DNA of 64,000 bases from the human T2T-CHM13v2.0 reference genome, Homo sapiens: assembly GCF_009914755.1 (NCBI RefSeq), contig NC_060933.1. One strand, 5' to 3'. Below the pieces are notes generated by a model that saw nothing but the letters and a program-made list of their open reading frames with translations, made no database searches and was not told where the DNA came from. The number at the start of each line of letters is the position of its first letter. Position 1 is the first letter of the stretch. Shown here one piece after another: positions 15,985 to 36,800 of the stretch. Made by a program: the position numbers and the translations under genes.

Positions 15985-16215
15985 ATAATAATAGCTAATG
16001 TTTATTGAACGCATACCACATGCCAAGGATTATTGCATTGCTCTTATGTATTAACTCATTTACTCATAACCGCAGATTGAGGCAGGTAGTCTTGTTATCC
16101 CAGTTTTACAGATCAGGAAACTGAAGCACAGAGAAACTAAGAAATTTGCCCAAATTCTTATACCTGATAAGTAGCAGAACTGGAATTTGAACCCACACAT
16201 TCTGGCACTTAATCA
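15985..16215 (-). mobile_element. MIR
   Basis: 'cccagttttacagatcaggaaactgaagcacagagaaactaag...atttgaaccca'. Confidence 0.8.
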
Positions 16216-17559
16216 TTATATAATTACTTTTCTATTTGGATAAACTTTATCTTAAAAATTATGGCCAACAGAATAGCTCTTGAATATACTGAAAGTGAAG
16301 AAAATTCTAATTAAAGCAATTGTAAATGATGGTAAACAGAGCCTACTGCCTTAAAATAAAAGGTTGTTTTAAACTGATAGTATTTTGATACATGAAAAGA
16401 CCATTTAAAACAAAATTATGAATCCTGTTTATATAATACTTCATAACTTTATACCTTTGTAATTAACTTTTAAATCTTTGTTGAAATAGTATTTACAAAA
16501 CGTGTTTACACAAGAATGGTAACTTACCATTTTCCTTTATTATATATATCTTCCTTAAATCCTGTGTTTTAATGACACACTAAATAAAGTAAAATCTCAA
16601 GAAATTTATTAAAATGATGTAAGAATTAAAATTTTAGTGTACTTTTATGCAATTTGGTATTAATTACATTTTCTACATGAAGGTACAGTGCTGAGACATC
16701 CTTTTACCTATGTCTAACACAGTGCAAAGAAAAGTCAAAGTGTCAATTTTCTGTGTGATTGGGCCTTCAAAAGCTATTTTCTAAAATATTGACTTAAAGA
16801 AAAAGCTAATTGTTTTGCCCCATACCTTTACTTCATTCTCTTATTTATTTTTTTGACTTCATTTTTGCTACCTGGATAATAAAATTTCTATTCATGTCAT
16901 TGGGATTTAATGTAGCCCAGCTAATATTTCTCATTTGCCTCACATATATGTTGCATATAGAAGCCCTTTTCCCAATATCCTATACTTAACACTAGTCAGA
17001 GCTCGTCCAGTTGAGAGTTTCACAGCTACTCCTCCAGAAATTGGGTTTGATTAAGAAAATGTAAATGAATGGATATTAATCTTTTTATATATTTATTAAG
17101 CATTATCACAATGCATACAACCCTACTGTAGTTTTAGGACACAAATTAAGAAAAACAGCCCTGGTTTCTGATACCAGAAGTTAAAACCTAATAGAAACAG
17201 CAAACACGTCCATATATTTTGAAGAATTTTGAAGAACACAGGCCTGAATAGGCCAGAGAAAATTTTACTAATTGCTTACAAGCACATGAAGGATTATGAC
17301 GTTGATGCATTCATGTAACGTTCAACAGATCTTCACTGAGAGCCAATTCTATGCTAGGCTCAATTCACAGACAAGCCTTGCCCTTTTAGGGCACTCTATT
17401 TGGTAACTACAACTTCATTGCATTAAAGGAAGCACAAAGGGAAATAACATGCAGAAGAATACTATTAGGTTAAATTTGTACTAATACAATGAAAAATACT
17501 GAAGAAATTCATTGATTCAGCATATTTGCAATACCTCCAAAATGGAATGAATGTATCAG

Positions 17560-17636
17560 TTAGGTTGGTGCAAAAGTAATTGTAGTTTTGCCATTACTTT
17601 TATGACAAAAACTGTAATTACCTTTGCACCAAACTA
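17560..17636. mobile_element. MADE1 (Hsmar1-derived mariner MITE)
   Basis: ttaggttggtgcaaaagtaatt...aattacctttgcaccaaactaa, near-palindromic, followed by TA. Confidence 0.93.
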
Positions 17637-18052
17637 ATATTTAAAGGACATATGGAATAGTTGGTTTCTAAAGATCTTAGCATTGTAAAATATCATTAAA
17701 AAGTCAATATTTTCTTTTCCTTCAAGTCTCTTTACTCCTGCCATTCCTCCCTGTATTTAATATATTTTCTTTTAGATAAAAAGAGAATGCTGATGCACAA
17801 GCTTAGAGTGTCTTTCTTGATCAGTTATTAGGGACTAGAATCTGTAATGTTTGCTGGCTTTTCTTTTACAGAACAATTGTAAAACATAAATGTTGACTGA
17901 TAGAGTTAGTATTAATTATGATAGGCAGACGTCTTCCCTTTTTGGTCCTGTCATGACAATAAGTTCATATTGTCCCACTCCCAAAACATTTTCCTCTATC
18001 CCCTGCCTGTCTATTGCCCACTATTTCTTTACTGCACTTTACAAGAGGTGAT

Positions 18053-18678
<626 letters not shown>

Positions 18679-18903
18679 TTAAAAAATACCATTCACACTG
18701 GGAAATCAACATATCTAAAAGACAATTGCTTGGGGAGAGCATTAAGCAGTGTTGGCAGAATCAGTACCTTATCAACCCTATTTTCTAGTCTATTTTGTTC
18801 CATGTCCTACGACCCTCTTTTATTCAAGAAAAGCTCAAGAATAAGGAAATTAACATTATCACTCATTTGTTCAGTTGCAGTGTGGGGAGTAATGTTCCTT
18901 TCA

Positions 18904-19256
<353 letters not shown>

Positions 19257-20419
19257 CTACCCCTCCAAATCAGAAGCCACGAAGTTGCTCAGAAAACATA
19301 ATAGAAAAATATGTAATATGCAGATATTGTTAGTTACCAATATGAGTTAATTATACTTGGTCTTTTTGTCTACAGTGTATCTGTTGCCTCACATAAAACA
19401 AATAGAAGAGGCTGTCTTTCTTTGTGGATTTCCATTTGTGCTTAAGAGAAGTTTGTTCACATAAGTAGCACTCAGTAAATTTATTCCCAGAGATTTAAAG
19501 CATATACATAGATGCATCAAATTGTTGGCATAATGTCCATGATAACATAATGGCAGAGTTCAAAAATATAAATAAAAGAGAGAGAGAGAATCAGCTCATG
19601 CAATAGAACATGAAAAACCAGGCAATATGTCAAGCACATTGACCATTTAGCCTTGTCAGCAATATTGTCAACAATAGCATAAATTTATTATTTAGGATGT
19701 CACCCTTACACACTAGAGACTATGCCCTAAATAGCTTCCCTATTTTTTATCATCTGGTTCAATAATTCATGAATTTATCTAAACTTTTTGTCTGTTTATT
19801 ATTTAAACCTGTGTCACACTTGGAATGAAAAGTGGGGAACTTTGATCTAAATTGCAATTACTTTTTTAAAAAATTCTGTAAGACCTTTCAGAATTTTAGG
19901 TGTCCCTCTAATCTTGTATTTCAGAAATTGATACTAATTCTTTTTTTAATTACCAATAGCTTTGTGATTTTAAAGTGCTTTAACTTTCCTGTTTGAAAAA
20001 TTACTTTTTAGTGTCTCACTACACAGAATCCGTGTCCACCAATCTCAGCATCATTAATATTTCTTTTTCCTGAAACCGTTAAAGCTTTATGTTTAAAGTT
20101 TTGAAGGGGTATATATTAATATGGCTGTGCTAGCATGATAACTAAATATTATTTTCAAGTTGCAAAAAAAAGTGGAGGCAGCGGTTTGATAGTTAGCCAA
20201 TCAGAACATTTAATCTTGTCCTTGATCAAATATACCCTCTTCGGCATGTTAAAACTAAGAACTAGTATCAACAAAGAAAAAAACATTTACATTTAAATAC
20301 ATTTTATGATTTTCTGTCAAGCCTGGATTGTTGAGTGGGAAATCTTAACCATTATATATTTATATTATGTTTAAGGCTATAGATTCCATTCATTTTACAT
20401 CACTAAAATACACCGACAT

Positions 20420-22060
<1,641 letters not shown>

Positions 22061-23149
22061 CTATCTTTTTATTTTAATAAAATAACTACCTAATTTATGA
22101 CAGGATAGTAGCATCTGGTGTTCTCTGAGGTTCTTTGATTTGTGGGCAGGTGTCTGTTGCTGAATTTTAAAAGTTCTCAGCCATCCCTTTTTTCTTTTCA
22201 CATTCTGGGTGAATGCAGTTTTCATAGAAGGTGCTAGATTTGTGCAACCCTAAAGATAGGTGACTCCTCTGACTCACAGATCCCTGGGAGCCTCTCCCGA
22301 ACAGAGTTTCTTTATCCACACACCCCACTTCCCATACCCACTCTCCCACATAGGTGTTCTGGCCACCAGTAATCTCTGAAGGGTGGAAGATGAAGAGACA
22401 TGACTTTTACCTGAGTCTCTACTCCTCCCAAGAGAATGAATGTTCCTGGAAACTTCACCAACAGAAAATCAGGGGATATCAATATATGTAAGCACTCATT
22501 ACTCATGTAATGGAGGCCTTGGCAAAATGTGACACTTAAATTTCTGCTCAGGGAGAGTAGAAAATAGGCACAGAGAATAGAGAGACTGGTAAAGAATGAA
22601 GGCTTAAAGGTGATTGAGTTGTGTTAAAGGCACGTCTTGATCAGGCTTTGCTTTATTTTTCTCTTGTGGAATATGAAAGTGGGTGTTACAATTAAATATA
22701 TTTCTTGATTTCCTAAAATGTTATAGGCTGTTTCCAATTTTTGTTATTTTTGGAGTTTCTTAAATCGAAATTTGATTCAGGATAATTAAAAAATATAATG
22801 TTAATGTTAAGATGGAAAGTAGGTCAAAAGGCAATCACGTTAAACAAGAGGATAATTGGAGATAGGACCTTGAACACGAAAGTAATCTTAAATTCTTGAC
22901 TATTATGATACAGTTTGCATAAAGAACTGAGATTTCTTCAGAAAACTATAGTGAAATGGGACACTACAAATCAAATATAAATTTAAAAATGAACGCATTT
23001 ATTCAATACATATCCATAGATTATTCTGGATTAAATGTACACATTTTAAGAATAAAGTTTTAAATTTGAAAATGAAAGACTGTTTCCCATCTAAACAGAC
23101 CATTGGCTTCAAGATACTTACAACTGTGTTAAATCATCTTCCATTGGTT

Positions 23150-25150
23150 ATAGTTGGTTATGGCATCGGCATCCCCAAATCTGGCTGACCCATACTACGT
23201 TTTTCCTAAATCTCTTTTTTCTTCTGTATCTTGCTAAGTCTGCTGGTTCATCCTCCCAATTTCCTGTATTTAAAACCCCAGTGCCACGTTTGACCTTGTC
23301 CTTTCTCTTCTGCTGTTCACGTCTTCTGTCTCTCACATTCATTCCAACCTACACATCCCAGTGGCCTATTCCTATTTAAGCACCCAACCCCCTCTCTCCT
23401 GAATGAATGCAGAAAGCTTTCTCATCTCTGGACTCATAACACAACAGTTATTATTACACACGACTGTCAGACGTGTGGAGTTCTTGAACCATAGTTCTCT
23501 GGTGTCATCATTCATTTTAAAAATTTTGGTTGGCTCCCTATTACCTAGAAAATAAACTTTAGTGTCCTTTGCTCAACATGTGAGGCCCTCCACAATCTAA
23601 TTTCACACGCTCCAAAACCTTATTTCTACCTACTCTCTTCCAAGGACCCTGAACCCCACATTCCAGGCAAATCCAGTTATGGAACACTTACAAAGACCAT
23701 CAGAAGTCACTGCAAAACCAATCCGGTCTGACTCCTATGTTGTTTAGTGCTCTATCCCCTTTGTCTGAAATGGCTTTCCCTCCACCTCTATTTTTGTTTA
23801 CCGGCACCTTCCACAGCTTTCAGCATTCAGTTTGTCATGAAGGCAGCTGTTACAGACTGGACTAGAAAACTGTGAGCTGAATTGGTGGTTTCCAAATCAG
23901 TATCACACTTGATTCCCACCTCCAGAAATTTTGATAGAGGGGGCCTGGAGTAGAGCCAATGAGTCTTACACACACAGACACACACACACACACACACACA
24001 CCCCAAAAGAAATCCACACCCCAAAACAAACACACACTTACCCTAATGACTATCTAGGTGCCAGCCCTAGCCTAGGCCAGGCTGGTGGAACATGCTGGAT
24101 TAAAAACAACAGGACACTGAGAAAGTATTTGCTACACAGACATATGGGATTTGACCATGTGTTATTTACAGATAACCTAACTCATTGGAGTAAAACCTAT
24201 CTTAAATTGGCATATGGTATAGGATATGTTGTAGCATTTTATTAGTGAACATTTGTAAGGTTTTATTTGTGAAAACTGATAAGACTGTATTTGTGACCAT
24301 CACAAGGAAAACTGATAAAACTGTATTTGTGACCATCTCAAGGAAGGCCTGTCCTATGCCAGGCTCACCTGCCAAGCTGGCTGCAGTCCCTTCCTCTCTT
24401 GACCTCACGTTGCCCCTAAAGGCGTCTCTGTTATTATATTCATGACTTTCCATTTTCTAATACTGTGTACTGATCATTTCAACACATGCCTTATTCTCTG
24501 AATAGACTGAAGGATTCATTAAGTATCTGAAAAGCAAATGCTGATGAACTTGCCTAAAATAAAAGGCATGAAACATGCAAGTTTCTAACATAGATTGTAG
24601 CAGCCACCCCAGATGATTGCAATCGCCTCCCCATTGATCTCCCAGCTGACACATTCTATGTATTTGTAACTTAGCAACCAGAGTGAGCCTTTAAAAATTA
24701 TCAGAGAGCGCCACTCCTCTTAGTAAAGCACTACCCCACCCCAGTCACGTAGCTTTCTGATTCACAGGAGTAAAAGCCAAAGTCCTTATAATGGCCTAAA
24801 AATCGTACATAATCTGTTCCTTTTCAGATTTCATTCACTACCATCTTCCCCCTTCTCTCTCTGTTCCAGTTACAACAGCTTGCTGCCCCCCTCAAACACA
24901 ACTAGCACGTTCCTGTCCCAGGGCCTTTGCACCTGCTTTTTCCTGTTAGTGCAACAAGCTTGCTCCAGATATCTGAAAGGCTGACTATCTCGCCACCTTC
25001 AGATGTGTGTTCTAATGTCTCTTTATCAATGAGAGCTTCTTTGTCCACCCTGGGCATCTTCTTGCCCTTCCCTGCTTTATTCTTCCCCATGGCAGTTACT
25101 CACATTGGACACTAAACACTTGTTTCCTTAGCTAGGCATTCTTCTCCTAC
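23150..25150. mobile_element. L2 fragments with a (CA)n microsatellite at 23968-24001
   Basis: L2-like 'ggctccctattacctagaaaataaac', 'cccagggcctttgcacctgct'. Confidence 0.55.
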
Positions 25151-25794
25151 CCTCACAACAGTAGGAATGTCCTAAGGTTCTGAGAAGACTCCTGTGCTAG
25201 GTTTCCAGACTCCTGTCCTCTCACATTTGGTGCTCATGCACCTCTTGGTCATTAGTGCACTCCAGAGGTTAGGACCTAGAGTACGTGGCTGTCCTTCAGA
25301 GGAGGGAAAGGGATTGCTTAGGAGCAGAGAAGGGAGCTTTGGCCTCGCAGTGCAGGACCCCTGTGCCCACAGGCCTCTGTGTGTTGACAGCAATGCTCTT
25401 GGTGTCCACCTGCACTGCCCTCTGGTGTTCAGTCAAAATCAAGCAAATAGTTACGAACTGCTATAGGGGATTGTTACCAGGTCCTGAGTCTGAGTGTTGG
25501 AAACACAAACCCAGAAGCAAACAAATCTGCCCAACACCCCTGACATGTGGGTTTCACAGAAAATACTGAGGTCAGAGTAGCGTGTTAAATGATACCACAG
25601 TGATGACACAATCATAAAAATCTACACTGTGGACTCTGTCCTAGTTTCTTTAACGAATTGCATGGAAAAAAAAGATGGAAGGGGAAGAATAAGAATGAAG
25701 AATGCTTTAGAGACTCTGCAATCCATCGTAATATCCGTACAAGGATTCTGCTCTTTTAAAAAAAGAAAAATGGTGTGAAAAAATATGTAGGACT

Positions 25795-26168
<374 letters not shown>

Positions 26169-26651
26169 CTAATTTTTAGATGTATTATTTTAAAAAGGGG
26201 ATTCTTACCCTTTGGAGGTGGATACCTCCAAATATTCATGGATGAAATGACAGGATGCCAGAAATGCTCTTCAATTAATCTATGTCAGGGAAGTGGGATC
26301 AGAGGAATCAGGACTGTCTAAAACTGAAGCTGGGTATTAGGTCAATGAGTTAATTATACTATTCATTCATTATGCTATTTATTTCCTTTTGTATATTCTT
26401 TAAATTTTTCATAATAGTAATAAAGATATGTTGAACATGGTAAAGATGGAAAATGTACAGAGATAGAAGAAATATTCTTATTTTTTATTTCATACAATTC
26501 TATAGTTTCACATTTTGTTTTACTGTATTTATGCATTAATTCTATAACTGTAAAACATGCTATTAATAATTAAACTGACCTTATGAAAATTCTTGGAGAG
26601 TGAAAACTTTGAAACTCATGTGCTAGGTACATCATTAAAATATATCATTCA

Positions 26652-26978
26652 GGCGACACCTGATGACTCACATCTATAACCCCAGTAATTTGGGAGATGA
26701 AGATAGGAGGCTCCCTTAAGCCCAGGAGTTTGAGACCAGCCCTGGCTATATAGCGAGAGCCTGTTTCTACAAAAAAAAAAAAAATTATTATTAATTAGCC
26801 AGGCATGGTGGCATGCACCTGTAGTTCCAGCTACTCAGGAGGCTAAGGTCAGAGGATAGCTTGAGCATGAAAGTTCAAGACTGTAGTGAGCCATGGTCAT
26901 GCCACTGCACTCCAGCCTGGGAAACAGGGTAAAACCATGTCTCAATAAACAAACAAATAAATACATAAATACATAATA
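26652..26978 (+). mobile_element. AluJ
   Basis: Diverged dimer. TSD aaatatatcattca / aagtattccattca. Confidence 0.92.
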
Positions 26979-27118
26979 AAGTATTCCATTCAACATTTTT
27001 ACCTTAGTAATGCTCAACGTTTGGTTTTTACTTATTTCCTTTTATGTTGTATTTTCTAGACCAAATTCACATATAGTATAAAGCAGAAGAAACTAAAGAT
27101 TAAATTCATTGTTCGTAA

Positions 27119-27455
<337 letters not shown>

Positions 27456-28092
27456 TGTTTAGGAATATTTTTAAAGAATTATTGCACTTCTGTTCGGATA
27501 GAAAAACAAAAATGCATTTTAAGAATATATATTTATATGTATGAAAATATAAAATTTTGAAAAGTTGAATATTTCGAGCCAGTTATGTAGATGTCCTTGT
27601 CCTTCTCTGAGCTGCTGACTCACGTTCCATGAAGCGGGATGGGTCTCACAGGGCCTGTCAGGATGCAGGCTGTGATGTGAAGGCCCCTCGACACTCACAG
27701 GATTGGACGGGTTTGTGAAGGAATTTGGAGTGAGCCTTAGTTAGTTCCTTAACATTTCCTTTGAGCAACATCAGTGCTTTTGACATTTTGCACTGCCGTA
27801 TAAAACTGTAAGTGCATGCAGAGATGTATGTTTCTGAATAAATCACAAAATTGACAAGCAACTGCCATGCATTGTTTTTTGTATCATAGCTAACTGATAA
27901 AGTACAGACTGCAACATTTACTTATTCAAATACCTTTAAACATCTGGTATTTTTTTTTTACCTGTACTTCCCAGGAATTTGATGTCAGATGCATTTTCTA
28001 TTATTTCCATATCTATTGAAATGAACTCAAATAAAAAAAGGGGATGTTTCATTACACACTTATTAATGTGTAATTTAAGATTAATGTGTAAT

Positions 28093-30664
<2,572 letters not shown>

Positions 30665-30984
30665 ACATGTGAGTGCATTTCCAGTTAATAAATAGGTAAT
30701 ATTTTCTGTGCTTTCTGCTATGGTAATGAATTGCATTACAACTTCACTAAAGAGAGAAATCACTCACAATTTGAGACCTAAACCAAGAGCTGAAGAAAGT
30801 GCAAAGAGACCTACAATAATTCCTATAAGTTATTTCCAATGGAAGGCCTCTGTGAATGTAGTACTGTAATACAAAAAACCTATGGAATAAAAAGAATGCA
30901 TTCTCTGAGTAATGTTATGCAGTTTAACCCCTCTCTGCATATTTTTGTCACCTGTCATCTGTAATGTAGGGATAATACAATTAA

Positions 30985-31326
<342 letters not shown>

Positions 31327-32499
31327 AAGTGAGGCATTTTAAACAGTGCATGGTTCCAAGTAATGGCTCAGAAAAGTTAGCTATTAGAATTGTAATGGTT
31401 GTTAGTGATGTTTGCCATTTTCTTTAAGAATTTCACACTTGTATCAAAAAACAGTATTAAAAGAACTATACAATCATTTAATATATAAAAAGGATAATTC
31501 TTTGTAGTTTAAGCCATAAAAGTTGCATCCAAACATAGATTTAAATAACCTCTTGTCCCCACCTTTAATAGTCTTTCAAAATATCGCATGTGCTTTTTAT
31601 ATTGTGAAAAGAAATAAATTAAATAGTCATACTTACAGGATTAAAAGTTATTTTCATGTACTTTTGAATTTGTTCATATTAGTTACACTTCAAGTTAATA
31701 TTACATGTAATATTAAATGTACTTAATATTAAAAGTGCATTTAAAATACCTGAATGAAAATAAATTTTCATAATCAAATAAATCCCAGCACTGATTCAAG
31801 AGAATTATACCACCATGCTCATACTAAGAAGACACTGAATCAAAGCAGAAGCACATGCCTTAATCGTTGATAAGTGAAGCCTTCAGTGAGTATCAAAAAT
31901 AAAAGATAGCAAAAACAGAATAATTACTACACTAATCATAGATGATTGGCAAAGGTAAACATAACAAATTTCTAGGAAGGAGCTGCTTCGAAGAGTGATC
32001 TTTATGCGGGAAAACTCCAGCCTGGTGCCTTTGGGATCACTGATTTCCCTTGCTGGGAGTACTTGTGGTGAAACTAATAAAATCACTGAGATGCCACAAG
32101 AAAAATAACTTGGGAAGAAGCTGACCACCGAGTTACAGATTCATGGGAAAGACATCAGGAGGTCATTTCCCTCATTTCCTTGCCTTGAGATTAATACTCA
32201 AGTCATCAACGCTAAATAAATATTTCCTGAAAATAAAGTATTTCTAGGAAAAAAATCATAACTTTGAGAATCCTCATGTTTGTATAATTGAATCAAGGAC
32301 AGATGTGACTAACTTCAGAAGTCTGTTGTTCTTCCTATATTCAGTCCAGCAAACTCTCAGCAAAGCCCCCAGTGTATGAAGAATATGAAAAAGGAGTTCT
32401 GCTAGTAGAATTTGGGACTGAGAGTCCAGAGTTCTGATCTTTTGGCCTGTGCCTTCTAATGCCCTTTCACCCCACTTCATCTAAGGCAACCCTAGAAAT

Positions 32500-33255
32500 T
32501 GTCAAAGAAAAACAGCAGTGCTGGATACTTGCTAAAGGCAATGAGACCTATTTTACTCAGACTATTTCAGCAGGAGGGAGAGACTTCAGTATAAACTAAG
32601 CTCAACTCCAAGTAAGACAAAGGAGGCTGATGTTTTTAAAAATAGAACAAATGGGAAATAAAAAGAAACTATGGAAAAGTAAAAAGAGGGGAATTAAAAA
32701 AGGGACTGAGGACTACGTGAAAATGCAAATTATAAAAGGGGGTAAGAGTCTGGCGCGGTGGCTCACGCCTGTAGTCCCAGCACTTTGGGAGGCCGAGGCG
32801 GGCAGATCACGAGGTCAGGAGATCGAGACCATCCTGGCTAACACGGTGAAACCCCGTTTCTACTAAAAACACACAAAAAGTTGGCTGGACATGGTGGCGG
32901 GCTCCTGTACTCCCAGCTACTCAGGAGGCTGAGGCAGGAGAATGGCGTGAACCTGGGAGGGGGAGCTTGCAGTGAGCTGAGATCACGCCACTGCACTCCA
33001 GCCTGGGGGAGAGAGGGAGACTCCGTCTCAAAAAAAAAAAAAAAGCGGGGGGTAAGTAGAGAATTACTGGAAATGATTTGACACCATCAGTTACGACAAT
33101 ATACATTATGTAGTTTGGCAGCATTGTATTTTCTTGAGCAAAGACTCAGCGCAGGGCCTGGGGTTAACTACTCCAAGTGGAAGCCAGGCTAATGTTAGGT
33201 CAAGTCTCTTAGCACAGTGTTTAGGCAAATCCTTTTTGCTTCAGGGAAGTTCACA
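32500..33255 (-). mobile_element. ERV1-class 3' LTR (MER67-like, subfamily uncertain), interrupted by an AluY
   Basis: Minus strand starts TGTGAAC and ends TGACA, immediately preceded by polypurine tract AAGAGGAGGGAC (33256-33267). Confidence 0.7.
32747..33044 (+). mobile_element. AluY
   Basis: Diagnostics gagatcgagaccatcctggctaacacgg and gaatggcgtgaacc. TSD core ggggtaag. Confidence 0.95.
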
Positions 33256-33468
33256 GTCCCTCCTCTTGTTCAAGAGAAAGAATGAATTTCTTTCTCGTAG
33301 AATAAATATAGTTGTTGCACTCCAAAGTCCTCAAAAGAAAAAAGTTCAGCCATTGTTTATCATCATTGTGCAATTCAGGAAGAGTCAAGGTGGTAAATGC
33401 AACAATCGAGGAGGTTTGGTGTACTATCAATGGTGGCACAATTGTCTCATAAGAATAGAGATGCACTT

Positions 33469-33754
33469 GGTGGGTCATGCCTGTAATCCCAACACTTTGG
33501 GACGCTGAGGTGGGTGGATCACGAGGTCAAGAGATCGAGACCATCTTGGCCAACATGGTGAAACCTCATCTGTACTAAAAATACAAAAATTAGCTGCGCA
33601 TGGTGGCACACGCCTGTAGTCCCAGCTACTCAGGAGACTGAGGCAGGAGAATCGCTTGAACCAGGAGGGGGAGGTTGCAGTGAGTAGAGATAGTGCCATT
33701 GTACTCCAGCCTGGTGACAGAGTGAGACTCTATCTGGAAAAGAAAAAAAAAAAG
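33469..33754 (+). mobile_element. AluS (Sc-like)
   Basis: 18-bp TSD aagaatagagatgcactt / aagaatagtggtgtactt. Confidence 0.95.
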
Positions 33755-33819
33755 AAGAATAGTGGTGTACTTAAGAGACAAAGAATATTGCCATTAAGGA
33801 TGTTTTTAAGAAGCCAAGT

Positions 33820-36800
33820 GCAAGATCAAAAAAGACAAAGGAGAGCATTACATAATGGTAAAGAGTTCAATTCAACAAGAAGATCTAACTATCCTAAATA
33901 TATGTGCACCCAATACAGGAGCACCCAGATTCATAAAGCAAGTTCTTAGAGACTTACAAAGAGACACGGAGTCTCACACAATAACAGTGGGAGATTTCAA
34001 CACTCCACTAACAGTTATTAGACAGATCACCAAGGCAGAAAATTAAAAAACATATTCAGGACCTGAACTCAACATTAGATCAAATGTATCTGATTGACTT
34101 CTACAGAACTCTCCACTCAAAAACAACAGAATATACATTCTTCTCATCACCACATGGCACATACTCTAAAATCAGCCACATAATTGGACATAAAACAACG
34201 CTTAGCAAATGTAAAAGAACCGAATTCTTACCAAACACACTCTTGGACAACAGTGCAGTAAAAATAAAAGTTGAGACTAAGAAAATCACTCAAAACCATA
34301 CAATTACATGGAAATTAAACAACATGTTCCTGAATGACTTTTGGGTAAATAATGAAATTAAGGCAGAAATCAAGAAGTTCTTTGAAAATAATGTGAACAA
34401 AGATACAACATACCAGAATCTCTGGGACACAGGTAAGGCAATGATAAGAGGGAAATTCATAGCACTACCTGCCCACATCAAAAAGTTAGAAAAATCTCAA
34501 AAAGTTAGAAAGATCTCAAATTAACAACGTAATATCGCAACTAAAAGAATTACAGAAGCAATAACAAATCAACCCCAAAGCTAGCAGAAAACAAGACATA
34601 ACCAAAATTGGAGCTGAATGGAAGAAAATCAAAGACACAAAAATAATTCAAAAGATTGTTGAATCCAGGATTTTTTTTGAAAAAATTAGTAAGATAGGCC
34701 AACACCTAGAATAATAAAGAAAAAAAGAGAGAAGGTCCAAATAAACACTACTAAAATTTTGAGGCCCGGTGTGGTGGCTCATACCTGTAATCCCAGCACT
34801 TTGGGAGACTGAAGCGGGTAGATCACTTGAGGCCAGGAGTTTGAGAGCAGCCTGACAAACGTGGTGAAACCCTCTCTACTAAAAATACAAAAATTAGCTG
34901 GGCATGGTGGCACACAACTGTAGTCCCAACTACTCAGGAGGCGGAGGCACAAGAATTGCTTGAACCCAGGAGGCAGAGCCTGCAGTGAGCCAAGATGGTG
35001 CCACTGTACGCCAGCCTGGATGACAAAGCAAGACTCTGTCTCAAAAAAAAAAAAAAAAAAAAAAAACAGAAAGGAAAATGTTAACACTGACTGCACAAAA
35101 ATAAAAATAATCAAATAACCACTAAAAACTACTATGAACACCTCAATGCACACAAACTAGAAAACCTTGAAAAGATGGATAAATTCCTGGACACATACAC
35201 CCACCCAAGACTAAGCCAGGAAGAAATTGATTGCCTGAACAGACCAGCAACAAGCTCCAAAATTGAACCAGTAACAAATAGCCTACCAACCAAAAAAAGC
35301 CCAGGACCTGATGGATTCATAGCTGAATTCTACCAGATGTACAAAGAACTGGTACCATTCCTAGGGAAAGTACCCCCCGAAAAATTGAGAAGGAGTGACT
35401 CCTCTTTAGCACATTCTATGAGGCCACCATCATCCTGATACTAAAACCTGGCAGAGCCACAACAACCAAAAAGAAAACTTCAGGCCAATATCCTTGATGA
35501 ACATCAATGCAAAAATCCTCAGCAAAATACTTGCAAACCAAATCCAGCAGCACATCAAAAAGCTAATCCACCATGATCAAATAGGCTTCATTCCTGGGAT
35601 GCAAGGTTGGTTCTACATATGCAAATCAATAAATGTGATTTCGTCACATAAACAGAACTGAAGACAAAAACCACATGATTATCTCAATCAATGCAGAAAA
35701 AAAGCTCTTGATAAAATTTAACCCCCTTTCATGTTAACAACTCTCAACAAAGTAGGTGTTGAAGGAATATACCTCAAAATAATAAGAGACATCTATGACA
35801 CATCCACAGCCAATATCACTTTGAATGGGCAAAAGCTGGAAGCTTTTTGCCCTTGAAAACTGGCACAAAACAAGTCTGCCCTCTCTCACCACTCCTATTC
35901 AAAATAGTTGTGAAATTCCTAGCCAGAGCAATCATGAAAGAGAAAGAAATAAAGAGCATCTAGATAGGAAAAGAAGAAGTCAAACTATCTCTGTTTGCAG
36001 ATGACATGATGTTATATCCAGAAGCCTCATACCTTCAGCCCAAAAGCTCCTTTAGCTGATAAACAGCTAACCAGGGAGGTGTAGAATTCTCTACAATGAG
36101 AATTACAAAACACTGCTCAAAGACATCAGAGATGACACAAACAAATGAAAAAATATCACAGGCTCATGGATAGGAAGAATCAACATAATTAAAATGGTCA
36201 TAATGCCCAAAGCAATTTACAGATTCAATACTATTCATATCAAACTACCAATGACATTCTTCACAAAACTAGGAAAACTATTTTAAAATTAATATAGAAC
36301 CAAAAAAATAAGGCCTGAATAGCCAAGACAATCCTAAGTAAAGAGGAGAAAAGCTGGAGGCATTATGTTACCCAATTTCAAACTATGTTACAGGGCTACA
36401 GTAACAAAAACAACATGGTAGTGGTACAAAAACAGGCAAATAAACCAACAGAACAGAATCAAGAGCCCAGAATAAGGTTGCACACCTATGACCACCTGAT
36501 CTTCAACAAAGCTGACAAAAGCAAGCAATGGGGAAACAATTCCCTATTTGATAAATGGTGCTGGGATAACTGGCTAGCCATATGCAGAAAACTGAAGCAT
36601 CCACTCTTCCTTACACCACCCTTCCTTACACCAAATACATAAATCAACTCAAAATGGATTAAAGACATAGTGTAAAACCCAAAACTATGAAAACCCATGA
36701 AGACAAACTAGGCAATACAATCCTGGACATAGGAATAGGCAAAGATTTCATGACAAAGACGCCAAAAGCAATTGCAACGAAAGCAAACAATGACAAGGGG

